NCBI GenBank assembly: GCA_035634855.1
Contig: DASQCE010000066.1
Span: 1 to 37,406 of the forward strand
Source: Mycobacterium sp.
GTDB lineage: Bacteria > Actinomycetota > Actinomycetes > Mycobacteriales > Mycobacteriaceae
DNA length: 37,406 nucleotides
Reading direction: 5' to 3'
The notes under the pieces were generated by a model that was not told the origin of the DNA, did no database searches, and saw only the letters and a program-made list of their open reading frames with translations. Positions 25,845-35,772 of the stretch are shown one piece after another; positions within the stretch are counted from its first letter, which is position 1, and each line of letters begins with the position of its first letter. The position numbers and the translations under genes are program-made.

Positions 25845-27383
25845 ATGAGCACTGTTGTCGAAACCGCCTACGGCCCCGTCCGTGGCGCCGACGACGGTCC
25901 CATTACCTCGTGGAAAGGCGTGCGCTACGCCGCTCCGCCGACAGGAGACCTCCGGTGGCGGGCCCCGCAGCCGCCCGAGAAGTGGACCGAAGTCGCCGAT
26001 GCCGGCGCACTGGGGCGGGTCTGCCCGCAGCCGGTTGAGCCACGCATTCCCATCGACCTCGGCGCGCCGCAAGGTGACGACTGCCTCACGCTCAACATTT
26101 GGGCGTCGTCGGATATCGCCGGCGGCGATCGCAAGCCGGTGATGGTGTGGATTCACGGCGGCGCCTACGTCCTCGGTTCGGCGAACCAGCCGCTGTATAA
26201 CGGGCGAGTGCTGGCCGCGGGCGGCGACGTGGTCGTCGTCACCGTGAATTACCGGCTCGGCGCTTTCGGATTTCTGGATCTGTCGTCGTTCAGCACATCA
26301 GGACGCCGGTTCGACAGCAACCTTGGGTTGCGCGACGTGATCCTGGCACTGCAGTGGGTGCGCGACAACATCGCCGCATTCGGCGGCGACCCCGATCGGG
26401 TCACACTGTTCGGCGAATCGGCGGGCGCCGGCATCGTCACCACTCTGCTGACCACCCCGGCCGGCGCCGGACTGTTCAGCGCCGCAATTGCGCAGAGCTC
26501 ACCGGCCACGTCGGTATATGACGCCGTGCGGGGCCGGCGGGTCGCCGAAGAGTTCCTCGACATACTCGGCCTGAGGCCCGACGACGTCGACCGGTTGAGT
26601 GGCTTGCCGGCCGAAGCGATCGTGGCGGCGTCGCGGACATTGTTCAACGACGTGCCACTGCGTAGCCCAGGCCTGCTCGCCTTCGCGCCGATCGTCGACG
26701 GCGACCTTGTGCCCGATTATCCGGTCAAGCTGGCGCGCGAGGGCCGCTCGCATCCGGTGCCGTTGATCATCGGCACCAACAAGCACGAGGCGGCACTGTT
26801 CAAGTGGATGAAGTCGCCGCTGATGCCGATCACGCCCCATGAGATCCGGCGAATGTTCGCTGAAATGGCCGCCGAACAGCCCGACGTGCAGCTCCCGACG
26901 GAGGACCAGATCGGCGCCGTCTATCGCAGTCGGCGCACCAAGACCCGGGGCATGGGTGTCGCCCGCGACGTCGGGTTCCGGATGCCGTCGGTGTGGCTGG
27001 CCGAGGGGCACAGCGCTGTCGCGCCGGTGTACCTGTACCGATTCGACTGGTCCACCCCGATGCTGAAGGCACTGGGAATCGGCGCGACCCATGCCACCGA
27101 ATTGCCCTATGTCTGGGGCAATTTGATCGCCGGCCCCAAGGACTTCACATTCAAACTGGGTGGCTTGAAGACCGGCGCGGCGGTGTCGTCGCGAATGCGG
27201 GCGCGCTGGGTGAACTTCGCCGTCCAGGGCAAGCCCAATGGGCTGCCCGGCGAACCGGAGTGGCCGCCGTATCACGAAGCGGATCGCGCATGCCTGATCA
27301 TTGACCGGCGAGACGCGATCGTGAACGATATCGACCTGCACATCCGGGCCACATGGGGCAGTCAGGTGATCAGCTTCCGGTAA
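25845..27383 (+). CDS. Type-B carboxylesterase/lipase (LipT-like)
   Basis: WIHGGAY, NYRLG, FGGDPDRVTLFGESAG, ATHATEL; TAGCCT -10 six nt before ATG. Confidence 0.93.
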   Translation: MSTVVETAYGPVRGADDGPITSWKGVRYAAPPTGDLRWRAPQPPEKWTEVADAGALGRVCPQPVEPRIPIDLGAPQGDDCLTLNIWASSDIAGGDRKPVMVWIHGGAYVLGSANQPLYNGRVLAAGGDVVVVTVNYRLGAFGFLDLSSFSTSGRRFDSNLGLRDVILALQWVRDNIAAFGGDPDRVTLFGESAGAGIVTTLLTTPAGAGLFSAAIAQSSPATSVYDAVRGRRVAEEFLDILGLRPDDVDRLSGLPAEAIVAASRTLFNDVPLRSPGLLAFAPIVDGDLVPDYPVKLAREGRSHPVPLIIGTNKHEAALFKWMKSPLMPITPHEIRRMFAEMAAEQPDVQLPTEDQIGAVYRSRRTKTRGMGVARDVGFRMPSVWLAEGHSAVAPVYLYRFDWSTPMLKALGIGATHATELPYVWGNLIAGPKDFTFKLGGLKTGAAVSSRMRARWVNFAVQGKPNGLPGEPEWPPYHEADRACLIIDRRDAIVNDIDLHIRATWGSQVISFR

Positions 27384-27419
27384 CGGCGCGCCGGCTAAAC
27401 TCGTCGCGGAGGTGTTGCC

Positions 27420-28343
27420 GTGGACTTGGCAAAGGCATTCTCGGATGTGCTGCCGCCGCTGATGCACGATCCCGTGATGTACGCGGTCCCGTTCTTCCTT
27501 TTGCTGCTGATCATCGAGTGGGCCGCTGCGCGCAGGCTCGCGCATGAAGAGGCGGATCGCCCACCATCCGGTTCGTATCTGAAGCCCGACGCGTGGGCCA
27601 GCATCTGGATGGGCCTGGTGTCCGTCGGTACCAGCGGGCTGCTCAACGGGATCGCGCTGCTGGCGTACGCGGCGCTCTACGTCTATGTCGCGCCGTGGCA
27701 CCTGCCCGCCAATCAGTGGTACACGTGGGTGATCGCCATTGTCGGTGTGGACCTGCTCTATTACCTCTACCACCGGATGGCGCACCGGGTCCGGCTGATC
27801 TGGGCCACCCATCAGGCCCATCATTCGAGCCAGTATTTCAACTTCGCCACCGCGCTGCGGCAGAAGTGGAACATCAGCGGCGACGTGTTCCTGCGGGCGC
27901 TGCTGCCGCTCTTCGGCGTTCCGCCCTGGCTGGTGTTCCTGTCATTCTCGATCAATCTCATCTACCAGTTCTGGATCCACACCGAGCGCATCGACAGGCT
28001 TTGGCGGCCAATCGAATTCATCTTCAATACGCCGTCACATCACCGGGTGCACCACGGCATGGACCAGCAGTACCTGGACCGCAACTACGGCGGCATCTTC
28101 ATCTTCTGGGACCGGCTCTTCGGCAGCTTCCAGGCGGAGACCACGCGACCGCACTACGGCCTCACCAAGCAGGTGGACACCTTCAACATCTGGAAGCTGC
28201 AGACGGGGGAGTACGTGGCGATCGCCCGCGACGTGCGCCACGCGACGCGCTGGCGTGACCGGCTCGGATACCTCTTCGGGCCGCCGGGATGGGTGCCTGC
28301 CGAACGTCTCGCTGTGCCCGAATCGGCGGAAGTTCGCACGTAA
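27420..28343 (+). CDS. erg3: Sterol desaturase/fatty acid hydroxylase family membrane protein (Rv1814-like)
   Basis: His boxes HRMAH, HQAHH, HHRVHH; NYGG..WDRLFGSF; GGAGG RBS. Confidence 0.88.
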   Translation: MDLAKAFSDVLPPLMHDPVMYAVPFFLLLLIIEWAAARRLAHEEADRPPSGSYLKPDAWASIWMGLVSVGTSGLLNGIALLAYAALYVYVAPWHLPANQWYTWVIAIVGVDLLYYLYHRMAHRVRLIWATHQAHHSSQYFNFATALRQKWNISGDVFLRALLPLFGVPPWLVFLSFSINLIYQFWIHTERIDRLWRPIEFIFNTPSHHRVHHGMDQQYLDRNYGGIFIFWDRLFGSFQAETTRPHYGLTKQVDTFNIWKLQTGEYVAIARDVRHATRWRDRLGYLFGPPGWVPAERLAVPESAEVRT

Positions 28344-28373
28344 GCAGATGCTCGACCGGGAAGTATGAATCCC

Positions 28374-28883
28374 ATGGACGTCAAAGAGGTTCTGCTGCCC
28401 GGTGTGGGTCTGCGATTCGAGTTTGAGAATCGGGACGGTGACCGTATCGGTGTTGTCGCCAGGCGCACCGGTGAATTCGAAGTAGTCGTCTACCCGAGCG
28501 ATGATCCCGACCAGGCCCAGCAGGTGTTCCGCCTCACCGACGACGAGGCCGAGGCCCTTGCCCAGATCCTTGGCGCACCGCGGATCGCCGAACGTTTCGC
28601 CGACCTGACCCGCGAGGTCCCCGGGCTCAACGCGGGACAAGTGACCATCCGACCCGGAAGCCCGTTCGTCGACCGGCCCCTCGGCGACACCAGGGCGCGC
28701 ACCCGCACCGGCGCCTCCATCGTGGCGATCGTCCGCGACGAGGCGGTCCTCGCGTCACCGGGGCCCGGGGAGATGTTGCGCGTCAACGACGTACTGGTGG
28801 TCATCGGCACCGAGGACGGCATCTCGGGAGTTGAAGAAATCGTCGCGCAGGGCAATCTGGCCGGTCCGCCGGCCGAAAGTTGA
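28374..28883 (+). CDS. Cation:proton antiporter regulatory subunit (KhtT-like, TrkA-C domain)
   Basis: LPGVGLRFEF..RTRTGASIVAIVR..SPGP..LVVIG; alternative start 28365. Confidence 0.88.
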   Translation: MDVKEVLLPGVGLRFEFENRDGDRIGVVARRTGEFEVVVYPSDDPDQAQQVFRLTDDEAEALAQILGAPRIAERFADLTREVPGLNAGQVTIRPGSPFVDRPLGDTRARTRTGASIVAIVRDEAVLASPGPGEMLRVNDVLVVIGTEDGISGVEEIVAQGNLAGPPAES

Positions 28884-28886
28884 GCT

Positions 28887-30038
28887 ATGCAGGTATCGGC
28901 GACGCTGCTGCTCGAGCTCGGCGTCATCCTCACGGTGCTCACCGTGTTGGGCACCGCCGCGCGCCGATTCGCGCTATCGCCGATTCCGCTGTACCTGGTG
29001 GCCGGTCTCGCCCTCGGTGAAGGAGGCATCGCGCCGATCCCGGCCGCTGCGCAATTCGTCAGCACCGGCGCATCGATCGGCGTGGTGCTGCTGCTTCTCA
29101 CCCTCGGGCTGGAGTTCTCCATCGGAGAGTTCGCGAGCAGCCTGCGCCGGCACCTGCCGTCGGCGTGGGTGGATGTGTTGCTCAACGCCGTGCCCGGCGC
29201 GATTGCGGGCGCGCTGCTCGGGCTCAATGGCGTGGGGATCCTGGCCCTGGCCGGGGTCACATACATCTCGTCCTCGGGTGTGATCGCGCGGCTGCTGTCC
29301 GACCTGCGCCGGCTCGGCAACAGGGAGACCCCGGCCGTGCTGTCGATCCTGGTGCTCGAGGACTTCGCGATGGCGGCCTACCTGCCGCTGCTCGCCGTCT
29401 TGGCCGCGGGCGGCACCTGGATTCAGGCCCTGTTGGGCATGGCGATCGCCATTTCGGCGCTCAGCGTGGCGTTCTTCGCGTCCTACCGGTGGGGGCACCA
29501 CGTCGGACGGATCGTGGCGCACCCGGACAACGAGCAGATGCTGCTGCGCATCCTCGGTCTGACGTTGATCGTCGCCGCGCTGGCCGAATTCGTGCACGCC
29601 TCAGCCGCGGTCGGGGCGTTCCTCGTCGGCCTAACACTTACCGGTGAGTCGGCGCACCGCGCGCGAATGGTGCTCAGCCCGCTGCGTGACTTGTTCGCGG
29701 CGATCTTCTTCCTGGCCATCGGGGTCTCCGTGGATCCCGCCGACCTGATCCCGATGCTGCCAGCGGCCGCGGGGCTCGCGGTGGTGACAGCGGGGACGAA
29801 GGTGCTAACCGGTCAATTCGCCGCCCGCCGTGAGGGAGTGGCCCGCCCCGGTCAGCTGCGCGCGGGCACCGCGCTGATCGCCCGCGGCGAATTCTCGTTG
29901 GTCATCATCGGGCTCGTCGGCACGACGCTGGAAGCCGTCGAGGCCGTCGCCACGCCCTACGTGTTTATCCTTGCCATGGTCGGGCCCGTGCTGGCCCGAT
30001 TCACCGGCACCGGCGGAAGACCGGCGCCCGCCCGCTGA
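28887..30038 (+). CDS. Cation:proton antiporter (CPA2, KhtU-like)
   Basis: LLTLGLEFS, YISSSGV, LVLEDF, PLRDLFAAIFF, RGEFSLVI. Confidence 0.9.
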   Translation: MQVSATLLLELGVILTVLTVLGTAARRFALSPIPLYLVAGLALGEGGIAPIPAAAQFVSTGASIGVVLLLLTLGLEFSIGEFASSLRRHLPSAWVDVLLNAVPGAIAGALLGLNGVGILALAGVTYISSSGVIARLLSDLRRLGNRETPAVLSILVLEDFAMAAYLPLLAVLAAGGTWIQALLGMAIAISALSVAFFASYRWGHHVGRIVAHPDNEQMLLRILGLTLIVAALAEFVHASAAVGAFLVGLTLTGESAHRARMVLSPLRDLFAAIFFLAIGVSVDPADLIPMLPAAAGLAVVTAGTKVLTGQFAARREGVARPGQLRAGTALIARGEFSLVIIGLVGTTLEAVEAVATPYVFILAMVGPVLARFTGTGGRPAPAR

Positions 30039-30089
30039 TCGCATCCCTAACCCATTGCAGCGCAGCGCGACCCGTCTCGGCGACGTTGA

Positions 30090-30329
30090 TCAACGAACCA
30101 TCGAGACCGTGATCTGCCACGGCAACGTGGCCAGCCTCGACCACTGCATCCCGTCCCATCCGCCCGTCGTCAGGACGTGCGGCATGTGCGCGGGGTCGCA
30201 GGCGTGGCGACGCAACCAGACGGCGAACGCGACCGACGGGGCCGCCAACACCTCGAGCCAGCGCGCCGGCGATGGTCTCGCGCACCGAGGTCTTGCCGGC
30301 CCGCTGGCGCCCGAGATGAGGAGCAATAC
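30090..30329 (-). pseudogene. Degraded P-loop (kinase-like) gene remnant
   Basis: LLLISGASG/(frameshift at 30300-30302)AGKTSVRETIAGAL restores a Walker A motif; followed by EVLAAPS..VAFAVWLRRHACDPAHMPHVL; too short for a full domain. Confidence 0.5.
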
Positions 30330-30398
30330 ATGTTCATCCTCGCGGCGACGGCAACCGATTTACGCCGCGATCCACATGCACCCCGTAGTGTCCGCGAT

Positions 30399-31802
30399 GT
30401 GGAGACGGTGTTTGATGCCCACGTCGATCCCGGCCTGGTCGAACGTGCGCTTGCGGCAAGCACCTTCGGCTCGATGTGGCTCGACATCCCGCGGCCCGAT
30501 TACCCGAAGGCAACCGAATCGATCGTTTGCGATCTGCTGGTGGTCGGCGGGGGATACGCCGGGCTGTGGACCGCATTGCATGCCGCCCAGCGAAATCCGG
30601 ATCTCCGCATCGTCCTGATCGAGGCCAACCGGATCGGCTGGGCGGCGTCGGGCCGCAACGGCGGCTTCGTCGACGCCAGCCTGACGCACGGGCTGGAGAA
30701 CGGAAAGACGCGCTGGCCTACCGAGATTGACACGCTCGAGGCGATGGGCAGGGAGAACCTCAATGGCATGCAGGCCGATATCGAGTCGCTCGGGCTCGAC
30801 GCCGAATGGCAACGCACCGGCATGCTGTTGGTGGCGACCGAACCGCATCAAGTCGATTGGCTCGCCGCCGCCGCCCATGGGCAGGGGCAGCTACTCGGCC
30901 TGCGCGAAGTCCGCGACGAGGTTCTTTCGCCGACCTACCTGGCGGGCCTGTACAGCCCCGACACCTGTGCGATCGTGCATCCCGCCAAGCTCGCGTTCGA
31001 ACTGGCCCGCGCCTGCCAGGAAGCCGGAGTGCGCATCTATGAGCACACCAACGCACAGCGCCTGGACTCCGCCGGCGTTGCGCTGCGCATCCACTCCGGC
31101 GCGGCGACCTTCACCTGCCGCAACGCGGTGCTCGCGACGAATGTCTTTCCCAGCCTGCTGCGGCGCAACCGGTTGCGCACCGTGCCGGTGTACGACTACG
31201 TGCTGGCCACCGAGCCACTCACCGGCAGGCAGCTCGACCGCATCGGCTGGCGGCGCAGGCAGGGAATCGGCGACTGCGCCAACCAATTTCACTACTACCG
31301 GCTGACCGTGGACAACCGGATCGTATGGGGCGGCTACGACGCCGTCTACCACTTCGGCCGCAAGGTCGACGATCGCTATGAAGACCGGGCCGCCACCTAT
31401 CGACGGCTGGCGGCGCACTTCTTCATCACCTTCCCAGCCCTCGACGACGTCAGGTTCACGCATCGGTGGGCGGGCGCGATCGACACCAACACCCGGTTCT
31501 GCGCGCACTGGGGCCTGGCCCGCGACGGCAGGGTGGCCTACGTCAACGGGTTCACCGGGCTCGGCGTCGCTTCGGCGCGGTTCGCCGCCGACGTGTGCCT
31601 AGACCTGCTCGACCGCGAGCCAACGGCGCGCACCGAATTGGAGATGGTGCGGCGGCGGCCGTTGCCGTTTCCGCCGGAGCCGCTGGCCAGCATCGGTATC
31701 CAGGCGACGCGATGGTCGCTGGATCGTGCCGACCACTCGGCGGGGCGGCGCAACGTCCTGCTGCGCGCGCTCGATGCGTTGGGCCTCGGATTCGATTCTT
31801 GA
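30399..31802 (+). CDS. FAD-dependent oxidoreductase (DAO/PuuB-like)
   Basis: [32 protein letters not shown]; TAGTGT -10 seven nt before GTG 30399. Confidence 0.88.
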   Translation: METVFDAHVDPGLVERALAASTFGSMWLDIPRPDYPKATESIVCDLLVVGGGYAGLWTALHAAQRNPDLRIVLIEANRIGWAASGRNGGFVDASLTHGLENGKTRWPTEIDTLEAMGRENLNGMQADIESLGLDAEWQRTGMLLVATEPHQVDWLAAAAHGQGQLLGLREVRDEVLSPTYLAGLYSPDTCAIVHPAKLAFELARACQEAGVRIYEHTNAQRLDSAGVALRIHSGAATFTCRNAVLATNVFPSLLRRNRLRTVPVYDYVLATEPLTGRQLDRIGWRRRQGIGDCANQFHYYRLTVDNRIVWGGYDAVYHFGRKVDDRYEDRAATYRRLAAHFFITFPALDDVRFTHRWAGAIDTNTRFCAHWGLARDGRVAYVNGFTGLGVASARFAADVCLDLLDREPTARTELEMVRRRPLPFPPEPLASIGIQATRWSLDRADHSAGRRNVLLRALDALGLGFDS

Positions 31803-31872
31803 GTTGTATTCCCCACGGCGACAGCCAAGCTCACTAAGCTCAGCCGGGGTGATGCGGAAAGGGGTCACGATA

Positions 31873-32496
31873 TTGAGCGACAGACTGATGAACGGCGAGA
31901 AACTCGAACGCGGGCAATCGCTGACATCGCGCAATGCGGCGTACACGCTGACGTTGCGGGATGACGGCAACCTGGTGCTGGCCGCACGCGGCCAGGCCGT
32001 GTGGGCGACGGGCACCAACGGGCAGAACGCCGAACGCCGCGAGGTGCAAAAGGACGGCAACTGTGTGCTCTACACGCCGGACAAGCCGGTCTGGCACACC
32101 GACACCAAGGGCGCCAAGGATGTTCGCCTGCTTCTGCAGGACGACCGCAACCTGGTGCTGTACGGGTTCGACGGCCCGGCGTGGGCGTCCAACACGCAGA
32201 CCGACCAGGCGCCGCCCCCACCGCCAGCCGCCGAGGCCCCGACACCCGAAGTGGTTCCGGCCGCCGCAAAGGAGCCGCAGGCACCCGCCCCGGCGCCGGA
32301 GCCTGAACCGGCAGCCGCGCCGCCACCACCTCCGCCGCCTGCTGCGCGGACGTACACCGTGGTCTCCGGCGACACCCTGTGGGCCATCTCGGAGCGCTTC
32401 TACGGCGACGGCAGCAAATACCAGCTGATCGCCGACGCCAGCGGCGTCTCCAACCCTGATCTGATATATCCGGGCCAGGTGCTCACCATCCCGTAG
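31873..32496 (+). CDS. Bulb-type (beta-prism II) lectin + Pro/Ala linker + LysM protein, copy 1
   Basis: Three QxDxNxVxY-like repeats; [32 protein letters not shown] LysM; TTG start after AAAGGGG. Confidence 0.87.
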   Translation: MSDRLMNGEKLERGQSLTSRNAAYTLTLRDDGNLVLAARGQAVWATGTNGQNAERREVQKDGNCVLYTPDKPVWHTDTKGAKDVRLLLQDDRNLVLYGFDGPAWASNTQTDQAPPPPPAAEAPTPEVVPAAAKEPQAPAPAPEPEPAAAPPPPPPPAARTYTVVSGDTLWAISERFYGDGSKYQLIADASGVSNPDLIYPGQVLTIP

Positions 32497-32614
32497 TTGA
32501 GCGACGGAGTTCCTTGGGCCCGAACGTGATTGGATCACCCCCATTCGCCAAACGTTTGAATTTCAGCGCGTAGAACAGTATACGGGCGCACTCTTGATCA
32601 GTAGGGTCAACGAC

Positions 32615-33238
32615 ATGGCTGACACACTTAGCGAAGGACAGAAGCTCGAAAAAGGTGGATCGCTGACATCCAAGAACGGCGCGTACACGCTGACGTTGCA
32701 GGATGACGGCAACCTGGTGCTGGCCGCGCGCGGCCAGGCGGTGTGGGCGACGGGCACCAACGGCCAGAACGCCGAACGCCTTGAGGTGCAAAAGGACGGC
32801 AACTGCGTGCTCTACACCCCGGATAAGCCGGTCTGGCATACCGATACCAAGGGCGCCAAAGACGTCAGGCTCGTACTGCAGGACGACCGCAACGTAGTGC
32901 TGTACGCCAAGGACGGGCCGGCCTGGTCCTCGAAGACGGAGACCGCCGAGCCGCCTCCGCCCGCGCCCGAAGCCGCGGCGCCCGAAGTTGTTCCCGCGGC
33001 CGAGGAAGCACCGGCACCGGCACCGGCTCCCGAGCCGGCGGCCGCCGAACCGGCTGCGCCGCCGCCCCCGCCCCCGCCGCCCGCCCCGCGGACATACACG
33101 GTGGTCTCCGGGGACACCCTGTGGGCGATCTCGGAGCGCTTTTACGGCGACGGCAGCAAGTATCAGGTGATCGCCGACGCCAGCGGCGTCTCCAACCCCG
33201 ACCTCATTCATCCTGGTCAGGTGCTGACGATTCCCTAG
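32615..33238 (+). CDS. Bulb-type lectin + LysM protein, copy 2
   Basis: [26 protein letters not shown]; LysM C-terminus; tandem paralogue of copy 1. Confidence 0.9.
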   Translation: MADTLSEGQKLEKGGSLTSKNGAYTLTLQDDGNLVLAARGQAVWATGTNGQNAERLEVQKDGNCVLYTPDKPVWHTDTKGAKDVRLVLQDDRNVVLYAKDGPAWSSKTETAEPPPPAPEAAAPEVVPAAEEAPAPAPAPEPAAAEPAAPPPPPPPPAPRTYTVVSGDTLWAISERFYGDGSKYQVIADASGVSNPDLIHPGQVLTIP

Positions 33239-33247
33239 CGCAACTGC

Positions 33248-33288
33248 GATGGTGGCCCGTGCCGAAAGGTCCGGGCCATCATTGCTTT
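33248..33288 (+). terminator. Stem-loop terminator after the lectin-LysM genes
   Basis: ATGGTGGCCCG...CGGGCCATCAT stem with GAAA loop, followed by TGCTTT. Confidence 0.7.
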
Positions 33289-33346
33289 ACGGGTGTCCAC
33301 CAGCGGCTGGGCTTGCCACGCGGTGCCTCGGCAAGAAGACGGGTGT

Positions 33347-33372
33347 GTAACGTCGCAGCGTCGTGGTCCGAT
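33347..33372 (+). promoter_or_regulatory. Putative SigD-type promoter
   Basis: GTAACG-N17-GAT about 100 bp upstream of the Rv1815-like gene. Confidence 0.6.
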
Positions 33373-33470
33373 GAGCAATTGCGTGTGCAGTGCGGAGTGG
33401 TTTCGGGAATAGCAGTCCGCAGCTCACCGGTACCCTGGACAGCCGTGACTCCTGAAGATCGGAGGCCATA

Positions 33471-34169
33471 ATGCGCCGACGATGGTTGCGCATGCTCGCA
33501 GCGGTGGCCGCCCCGATCGCCGCACTCGCACTGCCGACTGCGCCGGCACAGGCCACCCCGGGGGTGCCGGTGTTTCCCGGCATGGAGGTTCGTCAAGGCA
33601 CCAACGTCTGCACACTCGGCTACGTCGACCCGCAAATGCGCATCGCGTTCACCGCAGGCCACTGCAGGGGCAGTGGACAGGTCACTGACAGGGACGGCAA
33701 CCCGATCGGCACCCAGTCGTCGTTCCGCGACAACACGCCGAACGGCGCCACCGTCGACACCAACGATCAGATTGCCGACTGGGAGGCGATCAGCCTCGCG
33801 CCCGACGTCGCGGTCAACAACGTCCTGCCGGGCGGACGGCAGCTGACCGCCGACCCGGCCATCGTGCCCATGGACGGTCTGCCGGTATGTCACTTCGGGG
33901 TGGTCACGGGGGAGAGCTGCGGAACCATCCAGGCCGTGAACAATGGTTGGTTCACGATGGCCAACGGCGTGGTGAGTGAGAAGGGTGACTCCGGCGGGCC
34001 GGTGTACAACATCACCCCTGACGGCAGGGCGGTCATCGTGGGAATGTTCAACAGCACATGGGGTGATTATCCGGCGGCGGTGTCGTGGCAGGCCGCCAGC
34101 CAACAGGCTCGGGAAGATGTCATCTCCCCCGCATCGGCCAACATTCCCGCCCCATCGCCTGCGCCCTAG
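33471..34169 (+). CDS. Secreted trypsin-like serine protease (Rv1815 family)
   Basis: Signal peptide ending AQA; CTLG, TAGHC, GDSGGP. Confidence 0.9.
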   Translation: MRRRWLRMLAAVAAPIAALALPTAPAQATPGVPVFPGMEVRQGTNVCTLGYVDPQMRIAFTAGHCRGSGQVTDRDGNPIGTQSSFRDNTPNGATVDTNDQIADWEAISLAPDVAVNNVLPGGRQLTADPAIVPMDGLPVCHFGVVTGESCGTIQAVNNGWFTMANGVVSEKGDSGGPVYNITPDGRAVIVGMFNSTWGDYPAAVSWQAASQQAREDVISPASANIPAPSPAP

Positions 34170-34606
34170 CGGAGAAGCTCGAAAACCGGGATCGACGATG
34201 CGGCAGCCCGCATTTCGTCGTCGGTCGACTCCGGCGTCAGGCCGCCGACGTGACCCTTGACCTCCCAGTACCACCGGCCTAGGTAGCGCCTCAACAACTG
34301 CGGCTTGGCGTCTTCGGCCACCTCGGCGATGCGCACCTCACGGCTGCGCCAGCGCGGACCGGTCTCGACGGACCCCGCCGCACGCGCGTTGCGCGCCCAC
34401 TGCGTGTTGCCCCGCGGCGACACGACGTAGTCGCGACCGTCGACGCTGAGCAGGTTGATCACCACGCCGCGCAGCTTGCCGGTCTTACGCCCGCGGACCC
34501 GAAGCGCCCTGGTTCCGGCGATGCTGACCCCGGCTTCGGCCAGCCATCTGATCACCTCGTTGCCTGCACGGGCGGCCAGGTTGGGTTCGTCGTAGCGGAC
34601 GGTCAT
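34166..34606 (-). CDS. Deazaflavin (F420)-dependent nitroreductase/quinone reductase family protein
   Basis: [36 protein letters not shown]; ATG 34606 after AAAGGA. Confidence 0.85.
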   Translation of the reverse strand: MTVRYDEPNLAARAGNEVIRWLAEAGVSIAGTRALRVRGRKTGKLRGVVINLLSVDGRDYVVSPRGNTQWARNARAAGSVETGPRWRSREVRIAEVAEDAKPQLLRRYLGRWYWEVKGHVGGLTPESTDDEMRAAASSIPVFELLR

Positions 34607-34632
34607 CGCGGGTCCTTTCGTCGGATGGCAAT

Positions 34633-34696
34633 CAGAGAGCGGTGCTCTCTGTTCAGAGTGGCACGCTTGCCTCGGGAATTCAAGAGCAGTGATCTC
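34633..34696. promoter_or_regulatory. Two putative operators of the divergent TetR
   Basis: Perfect CAGAGAGC-GGT-GCTCTCTG (34633-34651) and degenerate AAGAGCAGTGATCTC (34682-34696). Confidence 0.7.
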
Positions 34697-34717
34697 GTTT
34701 TGTGTCACACTGGCCGC

Positions 34718-35398
34718 ATGGGCAAGCGGCAGGAGACCCGCGAGAAGGTTGAGGCGGAGATCATCGAGCTCGGCCGACGCCATCTGGTCACCGAGGGTGC
34801 GGCCGGGCTGTCGCTGCGGGCCGTCGCGCGCGACCTCGGCATGGTGTCGTCCGCGGTGTACCGGTACGTCACCAGCCGCGACGATCTGCTCACACTCCTT
34901 CTGGTCGACGCCTATTCGGAGCTGGCCGACGCGGTCGACCGCGCCGGTGCGGCGGCGGGCGGGCCGTGGCGCGATCAACTGCTCGCAATGGCGCATGCGG
35001 CCCGCGCGTGGGCGGTTGGTCAGCCGGCCCGCTGGGCGCTGCTATACGGCAGCCCGGTGCCCGGCTACCACGCGCCGCGGGAGCGCACTGTCGGTCCGGG
35101 GACCCGGGTCGTCGGCGCGCTATTCGACGCAATAGGGTCCGGAATTGCAGCCGGCGAAATATCCCAGAGCAATGTTGCTGCGGCCCAACCATTGTCGTCG
35201 GACTTCGACCGGATACGCGAGGAGTTCGGGTTCGCCGGCGACGACTTCGCGGTGGCCAAGTGCTTTCTGCTCTGGGCCGGACTGGTGGGTGCGATCAGCC
35301 TCGAGGTGTTCGGTCAATACGGCGCCGACACACTTACCGAGCCCGGAGCCGTGTTCGACACCCAGGTCCGGCTGCTGATCGAGATGCTGACGGCCTAG
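34718..35398 (+). CDS. TetR family regulator with WHG-like C-terminal domain (Rv1816-like)
   Basis: LSLRAVARDLGMVSSAVYRYVTSRDDLL, WALLYGSPVPGY, WAGLVGAISLEVFG. Confidence 0.9.
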   Translation: MGKRQETREKVEAEIIELGRRHLVTEGAAGLSLRAVARDLGMVSSAVYRYVTSRDDLLTLLLVDAYSELADAVDRAGAAAGGPWRDQLLAMAHAARAWAVGQPARWALLYGSPVPGYHAPRERTVGPGTRVVGALFDAIGSGIAAGEISQSNVAAAQPLSSDFDRIREEFGFAGDDFAVAKCFLLWAGLVGAISLEVFGQYGADTLTEPGAVFDTQVRLLIEMLTA

Positions 35399-35460
35399 CG
35401 GGTGCTCATGGGGCGATGCGTGCCTCGACGCAAGAACTATCCTGGTTTGACGAGGCACCG

Positions 35461-35760
35461 ATGAACCGCGAAGAACTCTTCGCCGCGATCGTGGCTGCAC
35501 GCCCCGATCGTGAGGACACCGTGTACCTCGAACGCCGGGCGGATTCCTACAGCTGGCGGATCATGCCCCCGGACGACATCGTCATCGCGACGCCGTCGGA
35601 CGGCCCGGACGTCTGGATGTGTTTCTCCGCCACCTGGCCGGAGGATCGGACACGGCTACGGGCATTCTTCGACGACCTGCTGGCCGAACTCGAATCGATG
35701 GCCGACCGGGTCGACCGGTGTCGATGGCCGCTCGACGACCCCTGGCCGCATTCCCACTGA
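35461..35760 (+). CDS. Hypothetical acidic protein (~99 aa)
   Basis: GC3-rich frame; GAGG before ATG; 12 bp upstream of the next gene; alternative start 35416. Confidence 0.7.
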   Translation: MNREELFAAIVAARPDREDTVYLERRADSYSWRIMPPDDIVIATPSDGPDVWMCFSATWPEDRTRLRAFFDDLLAELESMADRVDRCRWPLDDPWPHSH

Positions 35761-35772
35761 AACGGCAGCGAC

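Noticed and set aside
14541-27824. Other long overlapping ORFs (14541-15689, 15170-16396, 21174-22466, 24876-26156, 26499-27824)
   Set aside because: Alternative-frame or antisense shadows of well-supported genes, with low-complexity Arg/Gly/Ala-rich translations
32210-33090. GC-rich short repeats as a possible CRISPR or VNTR
   Set aside because: They encode the Pro/Ala linkers of the lectin-LysM proteins; no repeat-spacer periodicity
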